From Eledone cirrhosa (Eukaryota): a DNA stretch of 64,000 nt. Each line of letters opens with the position of its first letter. Position 1 is the first letter of the stretch. Below the pieces are notes generated by a model. It had not been told where the DNA came from. It was given only the letters and a program-made list of their open reading frames with translations, and ran no database searches. Below are positions 37,603 to 50,875 of the stretch, piece after piece. Where the stretch lies: NCBI GenBank assembly GCA_964016885.1, contig OZ024757.1:30690001-30754000 (forward strand), given 5' to 3'. Position numbers and translations under genes: made by a program.

Positions 37603-38463
37603 ACTAGAGATGACTGAGGAAGGAAGGAGTGACGTTGTCGTATACTAGAGATGACTGAGGAACGAAGGAGTGATGACGTATACTAGAGATGACTGAGGAA
37701 GGAAGGAGTGATGACGTCGTACACTAGAGATGACTGAGGAAGGAAGGAGTGATGACGTCGTATACTAGAGATGACTGAGGAACGAAGGAGTGATGACGTC
37801 GTACACTAGAGATGACTGAGGAAGGAAGGAGTGATGACGTCGTATACTAGAGATGACTGAGGAAGGAAGGAGTGATGACGTCGTACACTAGAGATGACTG
37901 AGGAAGGAAGGAGTGATGACGTCGTATACTAGAGATTGAGGAAGGAAGGAGTGATGACATCGTACACTAGAGATGACTGAGGAAGGAAGGAGTGATGACG
38001 TCGTACACTAGAGATGACTGAGGAAGGAAGGAGTGATGACGTCGTATACTAGAGATGACTGAGGAAGGAAGGAGTGATGACGTCGTACACTAGAGATGAC
38101 TGAGGAAGGAAGGAGTGATGACGTCGTATACTAGAGATGACTGAGGAAGGAAGGAGTGATGACGTCGTATACTAGAGATTGAGGAAGGAAGGAGTGATGA
38201 CGTCGTACACTAGAGATGACTGAGGAAGGAAGGAGTGATGACGTCGTACACTAGAGATGACTGAGGAAGGAAGGAGTGATGACGTCGTATACTAGAGATT
38301 GAGGAAGGAAGGAGTGATGACGTACACTAGAGATGACTGAGGAAGGAAGGAGTGATGATGTCGTACACTAGAGATGACTGAGGAAGGAAGGAGTGATGAC
38401 GTCGTACACTAGAGATGACTGAGGAAGGAAGGAGTGATGACGTACACTAGAGATGACTGAGGA
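37603..38463. repeat. 41-bp minisatellite, ~21 copies (actagagatgactgaggaaggaaggagtgatgacgtcgta[c/t])
   Basis: period of 41 verified at 37764, 37805 and 37846. Confidence 0.95.
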
Positions 38464-38589
38464 AAAATTGAAACCCAGCATCTCTTTGATGTTGAGTGAG
38501 TGTGTTAACCAGAATGCTAAAGAACTTGTTCACTAATCCCATGTATTTAAGCCTCTGCATGTGTGAGCCACACAAATATTGTTGTGGAG

Positions 38590-38870
38590 CCCTGTTCATT
38601 GAGTTCAAACCACACAAGCTGTCTTGTTGCCACAGCACAGGTTAGCTCTCTCTTGAACAACATCGTCAGAAGGAGCTTTGGCATGGCCGGTTTTCCATTA
38701 CAACTGGAGCTTGCAGGCTCCGACCACCGTGGTGATGGCAAACACCCAGATGAAATAACGGTCTTCCTGTTTGAAAGAGGTAAATCTTTTTAATTTGGGG
38801 ACGCCACATGTGCTGCAACATGTTCTCTGCCTTCAACCATGTCATTTTGGCCACAAAACCAAACTCTGCT
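38590..38870 (+). mobile_element. CRE-like non-LTR element fragment, restriction-like endonuclease (RLE) domain
   Basis: LNNIVRRSFGMAGFPLQLELAG..RGDGKHPDEITVFLFERGKS..DATC resembles the LEPxGLxRxDGKRPDGxT...WDxT motif. Confidence 0.7.
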
Positions 38871-40648
38871 CCTTGTAACAGGGATGAGAGGAAGATAACC
38901 AAATACTGGGACTTGACTGACTGCTTCCTTTTCAAACTGGCTAGCAGAGTAGTTACAGGTAAAGCTGCTATACCCCTGAATTGAGAGATCACAGCTCCAC
39001 CTGGCTAGTAGAGTAGCTGCAGGTAGAGGTGCTACATCTCCAAATTGAGAGATCACAGCTCCAACTGGCTAGAGTAGCTACAGATATTTAAAGCAGTCAG
39101 CTGGTATCTAAAAGATATGAGTTTGTGTATTATTTATGGTAGTAAACATTAAAAACAACAGTAATCAGAAGGGAGGTACGTATAAAAGCCAAATGTGTTA
39201 TCTTCAATTCGATATCCATGCCAATACTTGCCTATGGTCATGAATCTTGGGTAATGACCGAAAGAATACGATGACGAATACAAGCAACCGAAGGGGCTTT
39301 GGAGTAAGATTACTCGATAAAGTGCAGAGCTTGGAGATCAGTGAATCACTCTAGGTAGAACCACTACTTCTCTGGATTGAGAGATCACAGCTCCGATACT
39401 ATGGGCATATGGTTAAAATGTCTCAGGAAAGAATCGCTGGACAGATTTTATGAACAAAACCAACCAGCAGGAGACCCAGGGGTAGACGTTTGGTTAGAGT
39501 CCATGAGCTCGGCTAATCTTGCTTGGGGAGGTTGCTTCTGACAGGACCCACTGGAAGGTGTGTTTGAGGACTCTGCCCCTACGACCCTCTCAGGAATAAG
39601 TGGGTGAATAAAACCAAGGGCAGTGGATTAGCAGTTTCAGTAGAGTGTTGGACAACATGCTTTGCGGCATATAGTTACAGCCCTTTATGTTCTGAGTTCA
39701 AATCCTGCCGAGGTTAGTTTTGCCTTTCATCCTTATGTGGTCAATAAAATAAAGTACCAGTAACGCACTGGGATCGATTTAATTGACTTTTCCTTTCCTC
39801 TCAAATTGCTGGCCTTGTGCCTTGAAACAATTATTTATGGTAGTAAACTTTAATTTAGGGTCCTTTTAAATATTGTTTCTACTTTTGGCACAAGGCCAGC
39901 AATTGTCCCAGTGTATTACTGGTACTTTATTTTATCGACCCCGTAAGGATGAAAGGCAAAGTTAACCTCGGAGGGTCCTTTTAAATATTGTAGCTCTGTT
40001 GGCTACAGTCCTGAGAGCTCCCCTCCCTCTTTAATCTATCACTGATAGTAGTAGTAGTAGTAAGAATGGTTGTGGTAGTAGTGATGGTAATTAGTTTTAG
40101 TGGTGGTCGTAGTAGTGGTAAGAGTGGTAGTAGTAGTCGTAATGATAGTGATAGTTTTGGTGGTAGTCGTAGTAGTGGTAAGAGTGGTGTGGTAGTAATA
40201 ATTGTTTCTACTTTTGGCACAAGGCCAGCAATTATCCCAGTGCATTGCTGGTACTTTATTTTATCGACCCCGTAAGGATGAAAGGCAAAGTTAACCTCGG
40301 CGGCATTTGAACTAAGAATGGCAAGGGACATAACTCTATGCGTCAAAGCATGGCGTCCGACTCTCTACCGATACTGCCAATCCACCGTAGTAATAATGAT
40401 GGTGATAGTTTGGTGGTCATCATCGTAGTAGTAGTAGTAGTAGTGATGGTAATAGTTTTGGTGTTTGTAGTAGTAGTAGTAGTAAGAGTGGTGGTAGTAG
40501 TGATAGAATTTGAAACTAATCTATCAAACATCAACTTAACAACATTAATTTCGTTACGAGGGATTATTTTACAATGGAAATAATGACGGTGAGTTGCACC
40601 TCTCGGATTATTTTTATTATTTAAACTGTTATCTACGTTTTTCCAAAG

Positions 40649-40980
40649 CAGTGGTTCCCAAACTAAGTGCCCCGGCACACCGAGGAACCACAAAAGACTA
40701 CGTTTCTATTTCAAAATGGGGGAAAATACAAATATAAGTCGGTAATAAACTTCATAAAACACATATATATCGTTCTTAACTTTGTCCATTTATTGCCTAA
40801 AGAAAGGCCTACAAATAATTCTTCTATATTTTTACTTTATACTATAATAATATTTATATAAATACCACTTTTTGACTAAACTTTCAAATGTAAGTACCAA
40901 GTACACTGAAGTATTTTTACATGAATTCTAACGTGTGCCGCGAGTAAAAAAAATAAATAATAAAAGTTTGGAAACCACTG
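40649..40980. mobile_element. hAT (Charlie-like) MITE
   Basis: TIR cagtggttcccaaact / agtttggaaaccactg; TSD not conserved. Confidence 0.65.
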
Positions 40981-42019
40981 TTTGTTTATAATTTATTTGT
41001 TCTACTAACATTGCTTTTCATGAACCCCCCCTCCTCTCTTTCTCTCTCTCTATATATATATGATAAAGATATATTTGTATAAATACAGAGTGTATAACCG
41101 AAGCTGCAACAACGTGTATAAATAAATATATACACATATCTAATATGTAAAGAAGTGCACTAGCAGCCGAAGTGTATGATAAAGTTATATCTGTATAAAT
41201 ACAGAGTGTAACCGAAACTGCACCAACAGGTATAAATATATACACATATCTAATATGTAGGCATACCTTACATATATATATATATATATATAAAGATATG
41301 CCTCGTGTCCGAAACGTTAAGACTCTCTTCCTGCTATTTCAAGCGTTAAACTAATATATTTTTTCCATGTATTGTGCCGTTTGTTTTGTTGTTATATATA
41401 TATATGTAGCATTAAGGCAGCGTTTAAGCATAACAAAGAGTGTATATGAAAACACGTTTTTAATAATTGACGCCCCTCCCCCCAATAAACTAAAAACGAT
41501 TAATCTAAGACGGTTTTGAAGGATATATTTGTTCAAGACATAAAAATCATGTCACCTCCAAAGTGAGACAGGTGTAATATTCACTTCCAAACTCCAGAAT
41601 TCCGAGGACGCCACCTAAGTTACTAAACAAAAAACGAATAATTTCTGACGATTTTGAAGATCAAATTCGTTCAAAACACATCAGAAACTATAGGAAAAAC
41701 ACAAACTTCATCATTAAAAGCTAGATGGGTGTAATTATAAAGAAAATCCAGGTGGTGCACCCTCCTCCCATTAACTTAAAATCGAATAATTTCTGACTGA
41801 TTTGAAGGCAGGTTCGTTCAAAACATACCAATACCAGAGGAAAGTTCTACCAAAATTTTCTGTTATGAAGTAAAGGAAATTGTCTTTACGTTACAAAACA
41901 TTCTTATATTTATTCACAATTGTATAAATAACATTATACATTATTTATAATTGTTACAGAATGAAAATAGATAAAAATAATATACACAATACTTAAAGAC
42001 TTAAAGAAATAAAAAACGG

Positions 42020-42510
42020 GAAAACGAAAACGAACACGACCATCAATTCACCAAGTGCGGCAATCGGCCACACATCGTAAGGGTCAACGGAACACTTTGA
42101 GGCAAGCCGATACGCTCGCAACATTACAACAGGTGATGGTGAGGCTAAGGTGCTGAAACAACCAATCACCCTCATGGGCATCACCTGACCCCTCAATAAG
42201 GCGAGCCGCCAGTGATAAAAACTTCGCTGTCAGCGACCCCACCCCACCAAACCTCACGAACGTCACAGCCTGAGGAAAATAATTACTAGATGAATCTAGG
42301 TATTTCCGAATTTTATTCCGTTCGGCAACGGAAGCAGTGACCCCCCCCCACATTTACCGCGGCATCCATGATGTGGGAGGGAGCAAAAGAGTCACTGACT
42401 GTGGTGTCCGAGATATCTACCTCTTATCCATGGTTAGGATAAGGCCGTCTGGTCTCTTCCCATCACTTCTGGATAATCCAAGCGGCTTCAGAACTGAGGG
42501 CATATTTACT
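42020..42510 (-). mobile_element. CRE-like RLE domain C-terminus
   Basis: PLGLSRSDGKRPDGL...AERNKIRKY...GDAHEGDWLFQHLSLTITCCNVASV. Confidence 0.75.
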
Positions 42511-42559
42511 CGAGCTAAGGCCCCTTGTTTAACTGTACGATTTCACTAACACTGAACAA

Positions 42560-42940
42560 TGTAAACCACAAAGTAATTGGGCCGCTAACTGCGAGGTTCT
42601 TGTCTTCACTGGCGGTTCGCCTAACAGAGATAACTAGTGATGCTCGTGATGGCCCTTGGGTGTTCCAGCGCATCAGCCTCGCCATCACCCAAGGTAACGC
42701 TGCTAACGTGCTCGCTTGCCTCAAAAATTATTAGAGAGGTTTTCCACTGCTCCTCGCGACATCGGTATCTTTTGTTCTGGCAGCGGTTCGTTTGTCCACA
42801 CCTTTCACTTCACTTTTGTTGTATGTGGTCCTAGATATGTGTATTACCTGCTTGTGTGTGTGTTTCCCTTTTTTTCCCATCCACAACATACAATGTACTC
42901 GGGATAAAAATGTTTGGAAAAAAAAAAAGAAAAAAAAATC
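42560..42940 (+). mobile_element. CRE-like element 3' end with poly(A), opposite orientation
   Basis: IGPLTARFLSSLAVRL...WVFQRISLAITQGNAANVLACL* followed by an A-run at ~42918. Confidence 0.7.
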
Positions 42941-43185
42941 ATTTGCCGATAATTATTAGTATTTTAGAATTTTATTCCGTTCGGATACGGAATCAAAGTT
43001 TTGCACTCACAGAAAATAGATGGCATCTTGAATGTCGATCAGATTGATCAAAGAGAGAGAGAGAGTTGAAATTCTCTCTCGAACGCAGATTGTCCCAGAC
43101 TTTCTGTTTCAGTCTATTCTACTTTTTATGTCTGGTGGGGCTTTTGTCGCGGACCCCCGAATATATATATATATTATATGTATGA

Positions 43186-43354
43186 AAGAGTCGGGACGCC
43201 GACGGCTGAACTCTTGCCGTTTCAACATCTCGTTCTGGAACGAGATGTTGAAACGGCAAGAACTTGGCCGTCGGCGTCCCGACTCTTATATTACCCACTT
43301 TATCGAGTACTCTTGTGAGTAATGGTCTAACTAGTTTTTACTGTATCCATCTTG

Positions 43355-43357
<3 letters not shown>
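43186..43357 (+). mobile_element. Fold-back element related to family C
   Basis: palindrome aagagtcgggacgccgacggc...gccgtcggcgtcccgactctt containing GAAACGGC...GCCGTC; tail attacccact...gagtactc; TA flanks. Confidence 0.65.
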
Positions 43358-43403
<46 letters not shown>

Positions 43404-43501
43404 CAAATTTAAGAAAATTAAGAAAGAGATAAGACAACGAACGAAAAACAAATATATATATTATATATGAATGGTACACTTCGTTACTCCTACCTCTATG
43501 C

Positions 43502-43650
43502 CAGTTTCCCAAATTTTTTTCAAACGCGGAACCCTCTTTGGTTCAGAAACTTTTTGGGGTAACTACAAAGTCTAATACTGTTATATGGTCGTAGTATACT
43601 CCTCTACCTTTCTTCAATTAACCCCAGATACTCCTTTGCGGAACCCACTG
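43502..43650. mobile_element. Deleted hAT MITE
   Basis: cagtttcccaaa...aacccactg; TSD ctctatgc / ctctatac. Confidence 0.55.
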
Positions 43651-43904
43651 CTCTATACGAACCACCAGACAAGAAATTTTGAGAATGCTTAATAATTTAT
43701 TTGAGATTTCATTTGCCTTATTTATCGATCAGTTAAAGACTAAGTATTGAGAGATAGACAAATAGATAGATAGATAGAGAGAAAGAACTTTGCAGAACTT
43801 GAACACGAGAGATTTCTCAATAAAAATCTTGTTTTTCTTTTAACCGCCATTTTTAAAGGGGAGGTAACTCTCATTTACTAGGCTGTGGTGCTTGATAAGA
43901 TGTT

Positions 43905-44165
43905 TCAATCATTAGAATGCGGCCATGCTGTAGTACTACTTTCAGAGGTTTTAATCGATCAGAATGGTGTTTCATGATATGGATTCAATGTGGCCAAGCT
44001 GTAGCACTATCCTTCGTGGTTTTAGTCGATTAATACTTATTTTAAAGTCTGGTACTATCACCACCATCGTCGTTGTTATCACTTTGTCATCGATCATATC
44101 GACCAAACTAGTATTTTATTGAACTCTTATTTGTCGAACTGCTTAGTTACGGGACGTAAACACGC
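43905..44165. mobile_element. Degenerate octopus-type SINE remnant
   Basis: tgcggccatgctg...ttagtcgat...gaactgcttagttacgggacgtaaaca resembles the abundant Octopus SINE (recalled, not searched). Confidence 0.55.
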
Positions 44166-44236
44166 ACACAGACACACACACAGGCACTGAAACACATACA
44201 CACTCACTGACACGCATACACAGTGAGATAGACACT

Positions 44237-44275
<39 letters not shown>

Positions 44276-44704
44276 TATAAGGATTCTCTGTCCTTCGGTT
44301 CAGTGTTTTATTTATAGTTTCGATAGAAAACGAGAAATAAATCTAATCTAATTTGTTTCAAATCTATCTCTTCGAGGGCGTGGTTATTATTTAATTGACA
44401 GGTGGAGATAGATACAAGAGAAGAGACAAGGAAGAACTAAAAAAAAGTTGTGGTGGGGGTGGTGGGGGAACTTCGCTTTAAGGTTTACAATGAAATACAT
44501 GGACAGAAATTATAGAATCAGTGAAGAACCGTCAATAGCATCTAAGGGAGATAAGCCATTCTGTTCTGTTTTTAATTCCTGTCTCTTCCTCGTCACTTCA
44601 ATCAATGATTATCTTTATGACGACTACCAGAAGAAGCTTCTCTGTTGGTCGTGGTCACTTGTTCTGCTAGAAATAGCAGCCAGATATCTCACAAATCACA
44701 CACT

Positions 44705-45012
44705 CAGGTTTGGATTTAGACCTTGAGGGCAGGGGCACTTCACGTTTAGGGGCCCCCCTCATACTCAAAAAATTAGAATACAGAGCAAACCCACCAATTT
44801 TACATATCAAAGTTAGCTTTGGTGCAAGTAAATGGAATTAAAAAGTTATAAATACAGGTATTAAATTCAAGAATTCTAACCATCCTAAAACTAAAAAGCC
44901 CAGCTGAGGGCACAAATAAATTGCTATGGCCATCCCTGGTGACCCCCCCCCCCCTCCAATGCAAGGGACCCGGGGCTATTTGCTCCTTTGCCTCCCATTA
45001 AATTCGGCCCTG
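44705..45012. mobile_element. hAT-type MITE
   Basis: degenerate TIR caggtttggattta / taaattcggccctg; TSD cacacact / cacacaag. Confidence 0.55.
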
Positions 45013-45399
45013 CACACAAGTATAGGATTATATAATGTAGCTTAGTCTTAGCTACACTGTAAGAATTTGTTGTCTGTGTCTGTGCATGTGTGTGTATGTA
45101 AGAATGTCTGTGTGTTTATCCTTGTCTCTGACATGTGTATGTGAGGTACGTGTGTTTTTCTGTGCGTCTGCATGTCTATTTGCGTTTATGTATGTCTATG
45201 TAAGCCTGTGGGTGTGTGAATGTATGTCTGGATATGTGTCTGTGTTTATGTGTGCCTCTCTCTCTCTCTCCCCCCTCTCTCTGTATTTACATCATTCGTT
45301 TCCTGGTTCCAGTCATTAGAGTGAAAATTGATGACAGATTTTGATATTGTTTTCCATTTTTGTTCTCTTCAGTTTCTTGAAGTCTTTTATCAATGTCCT

Positions 45400-47512
45400 A
45401 AGGTGCTTTTGTGGTCACACCAGCACTATCACTATACAGGGTGGACTGAGTGTTGGTTTTAGTTATGTTACCAGTACTGCCACCATGCAGGGTGGACTGG
45501 GTGTTACTTTTTGTGGTCACACCAGCAATACGAACATATAGGGGGGGGGGGGACTGGGTGTTTTTCTTTTTATCACGGTACCAGTAATACCAACTTACAG
45601 GGTGGACTGGGTGTTGCATTTTGTTGTGGTACCAGTACTACCACCTAACTGGGTCGTTTTTGTTGTCACACCAGCACTACCACCTTATATGATGGACTGG
45701 GTCGTTCTTTGTGGTTACACAAGCACTATCACCATACAAGGTGGTCTGCATGTTGCCTCTCGTTGTGGCACCAGCAGTACCACCTTACAGGGTGAACTGG
45801 GGGCTTTTTGTCATAGCACCAGCACTACCACCTTACAGGGTGAACTGGGGGCTTTTTGTCATAGCACCAGCACTACCACCTTACAGGGTGAACTGGGGGC
45901 TTTTTGTCATAGCACCAGCACTACCACTTTACAGGGTGGACTGGGGGATTTTTGTCATGGCACCAGCAGTACCACCTTACAGGGTGGACTGGGGGATTTT
46001 TGTCATAGCACCAGCACTACCACCTTACAGGGTGGACTGGGGGATTTTTGTCATGGCACCAGCAGTACCACCTTACAGGGTGGACTGGGGGATTTTTGTC
46101 ATAGCACCAGCAGTACCACATTACAGGGTGGACTGGGGGATTTTTGTCATAGCACCAGCAGTACCACATTACAGGGTGGACTGGTAGTGCTGGTGTCATA
46201 GCACCAGCACTACCACCTTACAGGGTGGACTGGGGGATTTTTGTCATAGCACCAGCAGTACCACATTACAGGGTGGACTGGGGGCTTTTTGTCATAGCAC
46301 CAGCAGTACCACCTTACAGGGTGGTCTGGGGGCTTTTTGTCATGGCACCAGCACTACCACCTTACAGGGTGGACTGGGGGATTTTTGTCATGGCACCAGC
46401 AGTACCACCTTACAGGGTGGACTGGGGGATTTTTGTCATGGCACCAGCAGTACCACCTTACAGGGTGGACTGGGGGATTTTTGTCATAGCACCAGCACTA
46501 CCACCTTACAGGGTGGACTGGGGACTTTTTGTAATAGCACCAGCAGTACCACCTTACAGGGTGGACTGGGGGATTTTTGTCATAGCACCAGCAGTACCAC
46601 CTTACAGGGTGGTCTGGGGGCTTTTTGTCATGGCACCAGCACTACCACCTTACAGGGTGGTCTGGGGGCTTTTTGTCATGGCACCAGCACTACCACCTTA
46701 CAGGGTGGACTGGGGACTTTTTGTCATGGCACCAGCAGTACCACCTTACAGGGTGGACTGGGGACTTTTTGTCATAGCACCAGCACTACCACCTTACAGG
46801 GTGGACTGGGGACTTTTTGTCATGGCACCAGCAGTACCACCTTACAAGGTGGACTGGGGGATTTTTGTCATGGCATCAGCAGTACCACCTTACAGGGTGG
46901 ACTGGGGGATTTTTGTCATGGCACCAGTACTACCACCTTACAGGGTGGACTGGGGGATTTTTGTCATAGCACCAGCACTACCACCTTACAGGGTGGACTG
47001 GGGACTTTTTGTAATGGCACCAGCAGTACCACCTTACAGGGTGGACTGGGGGATTTTTGTCATGGCACCAGCAGTACCACCTTACAGGGTGGACTGGGGG
47101 ATTTTTGTCATAGCACCAGCACTACCACCTTACAGGGTGGACTGGGGACTTTTTGTCATGGCACCAGCAGTACCACCTTACAAGGTGGACTGGGGACTTT
47201 TTGTCATAGCACCAGCACTACCACCTTACAGGGTGGACTGGGGACTTTTTGTAATGGCACCAGCAGTGCCACCTTACAGGGTGAACTGGGGGATTTTTGT
47301 CATGGCACCAGCACTACCACCTTACAGGGTGGACTGGGGACTTTTTGTAATGGCACCAGCACTACCACCTTACAGGGTGGACTGGGGACTCTTTGTCATG
47401 GCACCAGCAGTACCACCTTACAGGGTGGACTGGGGGCTTTTTGTCATGGCACCAGCACTACCACCTTACAGGGTGGTCTGGAGGCTTTGTCATGGCACCA
47501 GTACTACCACAA
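45400..47512 (+). repeat. 48-bp minisatellite, ~40 units, from the RTE UTR/SINE segment
   Basis: gcaccagcagtaccaccttacagggtggactgggggatttttgtcatg; 240 bp equals 5 units. Confidence 0.95.
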
Positions 47513-49035
47513 TACACTCTAATAATTGTTTCTACAAGGCCAGCAATTTCCCAGTACATTACTGGTACTTTATTTTATCGACCCCGTAAGGATGAAAGGT
47601 AAAGTTAACCTCGGCGGGATTTGAACTCAGTCCATAAAGGGACGTAACTGTGCTGCAAAGCATGGTCACCGACCCTTTACTTACGGCCAATCCACCAATG
47701 AAAATTGTGTACAGTGCTCAATGAAAGTTATTTTGTATAGTGCTCAGGTGCACTACAACTCATCAAAGGTGCATCTATAGTACATAGAATAATCTTCTGT
47801 TTTACCAAATACTCGTGAAATATTCCACAATATTCTGCTGATATTCACCAATATTCCACCGATATTTCACAATATTCCACCGATATTCCACCATATTTTA
47901 CAATATTTCACTAATATCTCACAATATTTCACTAATATCTCACAATATTCCACCAATATTTAACAATATTTCAATATCCACTGATATCTCACGATATTCC
48001 ACAGATGAAATATTTAACAATATTTCACAAAATTCCACTGATATCTCACGATATTCCACAGATGAAATTTTTATTTATTTTTCTCATCGAATCATATTAG
48101 GATCTCTCTAGAATTTTGTTTTTACTAATTTTCTTCTTTTCTGAGTTTTGAAGGGTATTTTTAAAATTAAATTTATTTTAGTTTTATTTTGTTTTTATTT
48201 TTATTTATTTTCAATTTTTCATTCATTAAAAATTTTTTTTTATTGCCTCCTATCATATTTAGGAAATGTTGAAGTTATTGAAATCACAGCAAATGCAATA
48301 TATTTTTATTGCTGTAACTCTGTGTGTGTATGTATATGCATGTATGTGCAGGTATGTCTATGTATATATATATATATATATATATATAAATATGTATATT
48401 TATCATTGTTTTAAAAATGTTACACACACGCACACACACGTGCATGTTCCCATAATATACACACATTCAAACACACTCACATACAATGACATACTTTCAT
48501 TCACACATACTCACATGCATTCACACACTCGCGCACATATTAACACACTCACACACAGATATATATATATATACACACTCACATGCTTTGACACACTCAC
48601 ACACTCACTCACACACATATATATATATATATATATGCACACTCACATGCTTTGACACACCCACACACACACACACACACATGCATTCACTCACACACAC
48701 CCACACACACACACTCATGCCCCCCCCCCCCCAACACATGCATTCACACCCACCCACACACCCACACCCACACACATGCATTCACTCACCAGAGCATAAA
48801 AAACAAATGGAATACATGAAATGAAATTTTTTTTATGTAAAAATATTAATTTTTCTTCCAGTCAAAACAGATTCTGAATTCAGATTAAAATAAAACGAAT
48901 TAAAAAAAAAATATATATATAAAATCAGAATTAATATTTATTCATCACCAAAATTTACTGCTGTTGGCAGAAGCGTGTTATAGAGAGGTTTTGTTGGTTA
49001 TTTTTAGACATTTTAATCATAATAGAGGTACTGCA

Positions 49036-49550
49036 GGTGCCATGTTAAAATGCAACCAGTTCACTCTGTAAAGTAGTAGTCTTGGTGCCACGATAAAATA
49101 CACCCAGTTCCCTCTCTAAAGTAGTAGTCTTGGTGCCACGATAAAATACACCCAGTGCCCTCTGTAAAGTGGTAGTGCTGGTGCCACGATAAAATGCGCC
49201 CATTACACTCTGTAAAGTGGTAGTACTGGTGCCATGATAAAATACACCCAGCACTCTGTAAAGTGGTAGTGCTGGTGCCACGATAAAATGCGCCCATTAC
49301 ACTCTGTAAAGTGGTAATACTGGTACCATGATAAAATGCACCTAGTAAATTCTGTAAAGTGTTAGTGCTAATACCACAACAAAAAGCACCCAGTCCAACC
49401 CTGTAAAGTGGTAGTACTAGAACCACGACAAAAAGCACCCAGTCTACCCTGTAAAGTGGTAGTACTGGTGCCATGATAAAATACACCCAGCCCACTCTGT
49501 AAAGTGGTGGTAGTGTTAATGCCACAACAAAAACGCATCCAGTCCACCAT
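49036..49550 (-). repeat. ~46-48-bp minisatellite from the same segment, reverse strand
   Basis: ctctgtaaagtggtagtgctggtgccacgataaaatacacccag repeats. Confidence 0.9.
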
Positions 49551-49684
49551 GACTGAAAGACATAAAATTAAAATAAAACATTGAAAGAAATTTAATACTG
49601 GTAAAAAAAACATTGATTAATTAATTCATTAGTAAAAATTAGTTGTGTTTGTTAATTAAATATGTTTATTAATTAGTTGTGTTA

Positions 49685-49989
49685 ATTACTTAGATGCGTT
49701 TATAATTAATAATGTTGGTTTAAAACAAAAACAAAAAAAAAGATAATTAAAATTAGCGCCATCTGGTGTCTTTTGTAGTTTTATAAAAGACATTGTAGTA
49801 ACATCTCTGTTACTCCAGTGGAGATCATTACCTCTACCTACCACTCACTATTTCTGCTACTCCAATAATCTATATATATACAGGGTGTCCCCAAATAATG
49901 TATACACACTTTGATTACCTGTATAGGCAATATCTATTAGAATGCTATTGAAGTGTGTATACATTTTTTTGTGGATACTCTATGTATGT

Positions 49990-50030
<41 letters not shown>

Positions 50031-50588
50031 TATATACACACATTTACACATATATACACACACACATATATATATACACACATTCACACATATATAATAT
50101 ATACACACTCACACATATATATATATACTCTCACACACACACACACATATATATATGCAGAGGTTATATTTAATTTCTTGGGATACAACAAGCTTAAAAA
50201 TATTTTTATAACTGATATAAAGCACTCAACAAGTTATTGGAGTAAATATACAATATATTAACAAATGGAAACTATATTTATATTACTTAGATGCGTTTAT
50301 AATTAATAATGTTGGTTTAAAACAAAAACAAAAAAAAAGATAATTAAAATTAGCGCCATCTGGTGTCTTTTGTAGTTTTATAAAAGACATTGTAGTAACA
50401 TCTCTGTTACTCCAGTGGAGATCATTACCTCTACCTACCACTCACTACTTCTGCTACTCCAATAATCTATATATATACAGGGTGTCCCCAAATAATGTAT
50501 ACACACTTTGATTACCTGTATAGGCAATATCTATTAGAATGCTATTGAAGTGTGTATACATTTTTTTGTGGATACTCTATGTATGTGT

Positions 50589-50621
<33 letters not shown>

Positions 50622-50875
50622 TATACACACACATTTACACATATATACACACACACATATATATATACACACATTCACACATATATAATATATACACACT
50701 CACACATATATATATATACTCTCACACACACACACACACATATATATATGCAGAGGTTATATTTAATTTCTTGGGATACAACAAGCTTAAAAATATTTTT
50801 ATAACTGATATAAAGCACTCAACAAGTTATTGGAGTAAATATACAATATATTAACAAATGGAAACTATATTTATA
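49685..50875. repeat. ~597-bp near-identical tandem duplication
   Basis: attacttagatgcgtttataatt at 49685 and 50282. Confidence 0.92.
49879..49985. mobile_element. Tc1/mariner-type mini-MITE (duplicated at ~50476-50582; smaller relative at 29269-29314)
   Basis: TA-cagggtgtccccaaataatgtatacacactt...aagtgtgtatacatttttttgtggatactctatgta. Confidence 0.55.

Noticed and set aside
37603-38463. CRISPR-like regular array
   Set aside because: No unique spacers; plain tandem repeat in eukaryotic DNA
43843-44385. YY1-like (ccgccatttt) and Sp/KLF-like (gggcgtgg) motifs suggesting a promoter
   Set aside because: Isolated short motifs with no identifiable downstream exon
46225-47589. 454-aa repeat protein ORF
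   Set aside because: Product of a 48-bp TE-derived minisatellite with a GTG start, ending in a SINE; no evidence of expression
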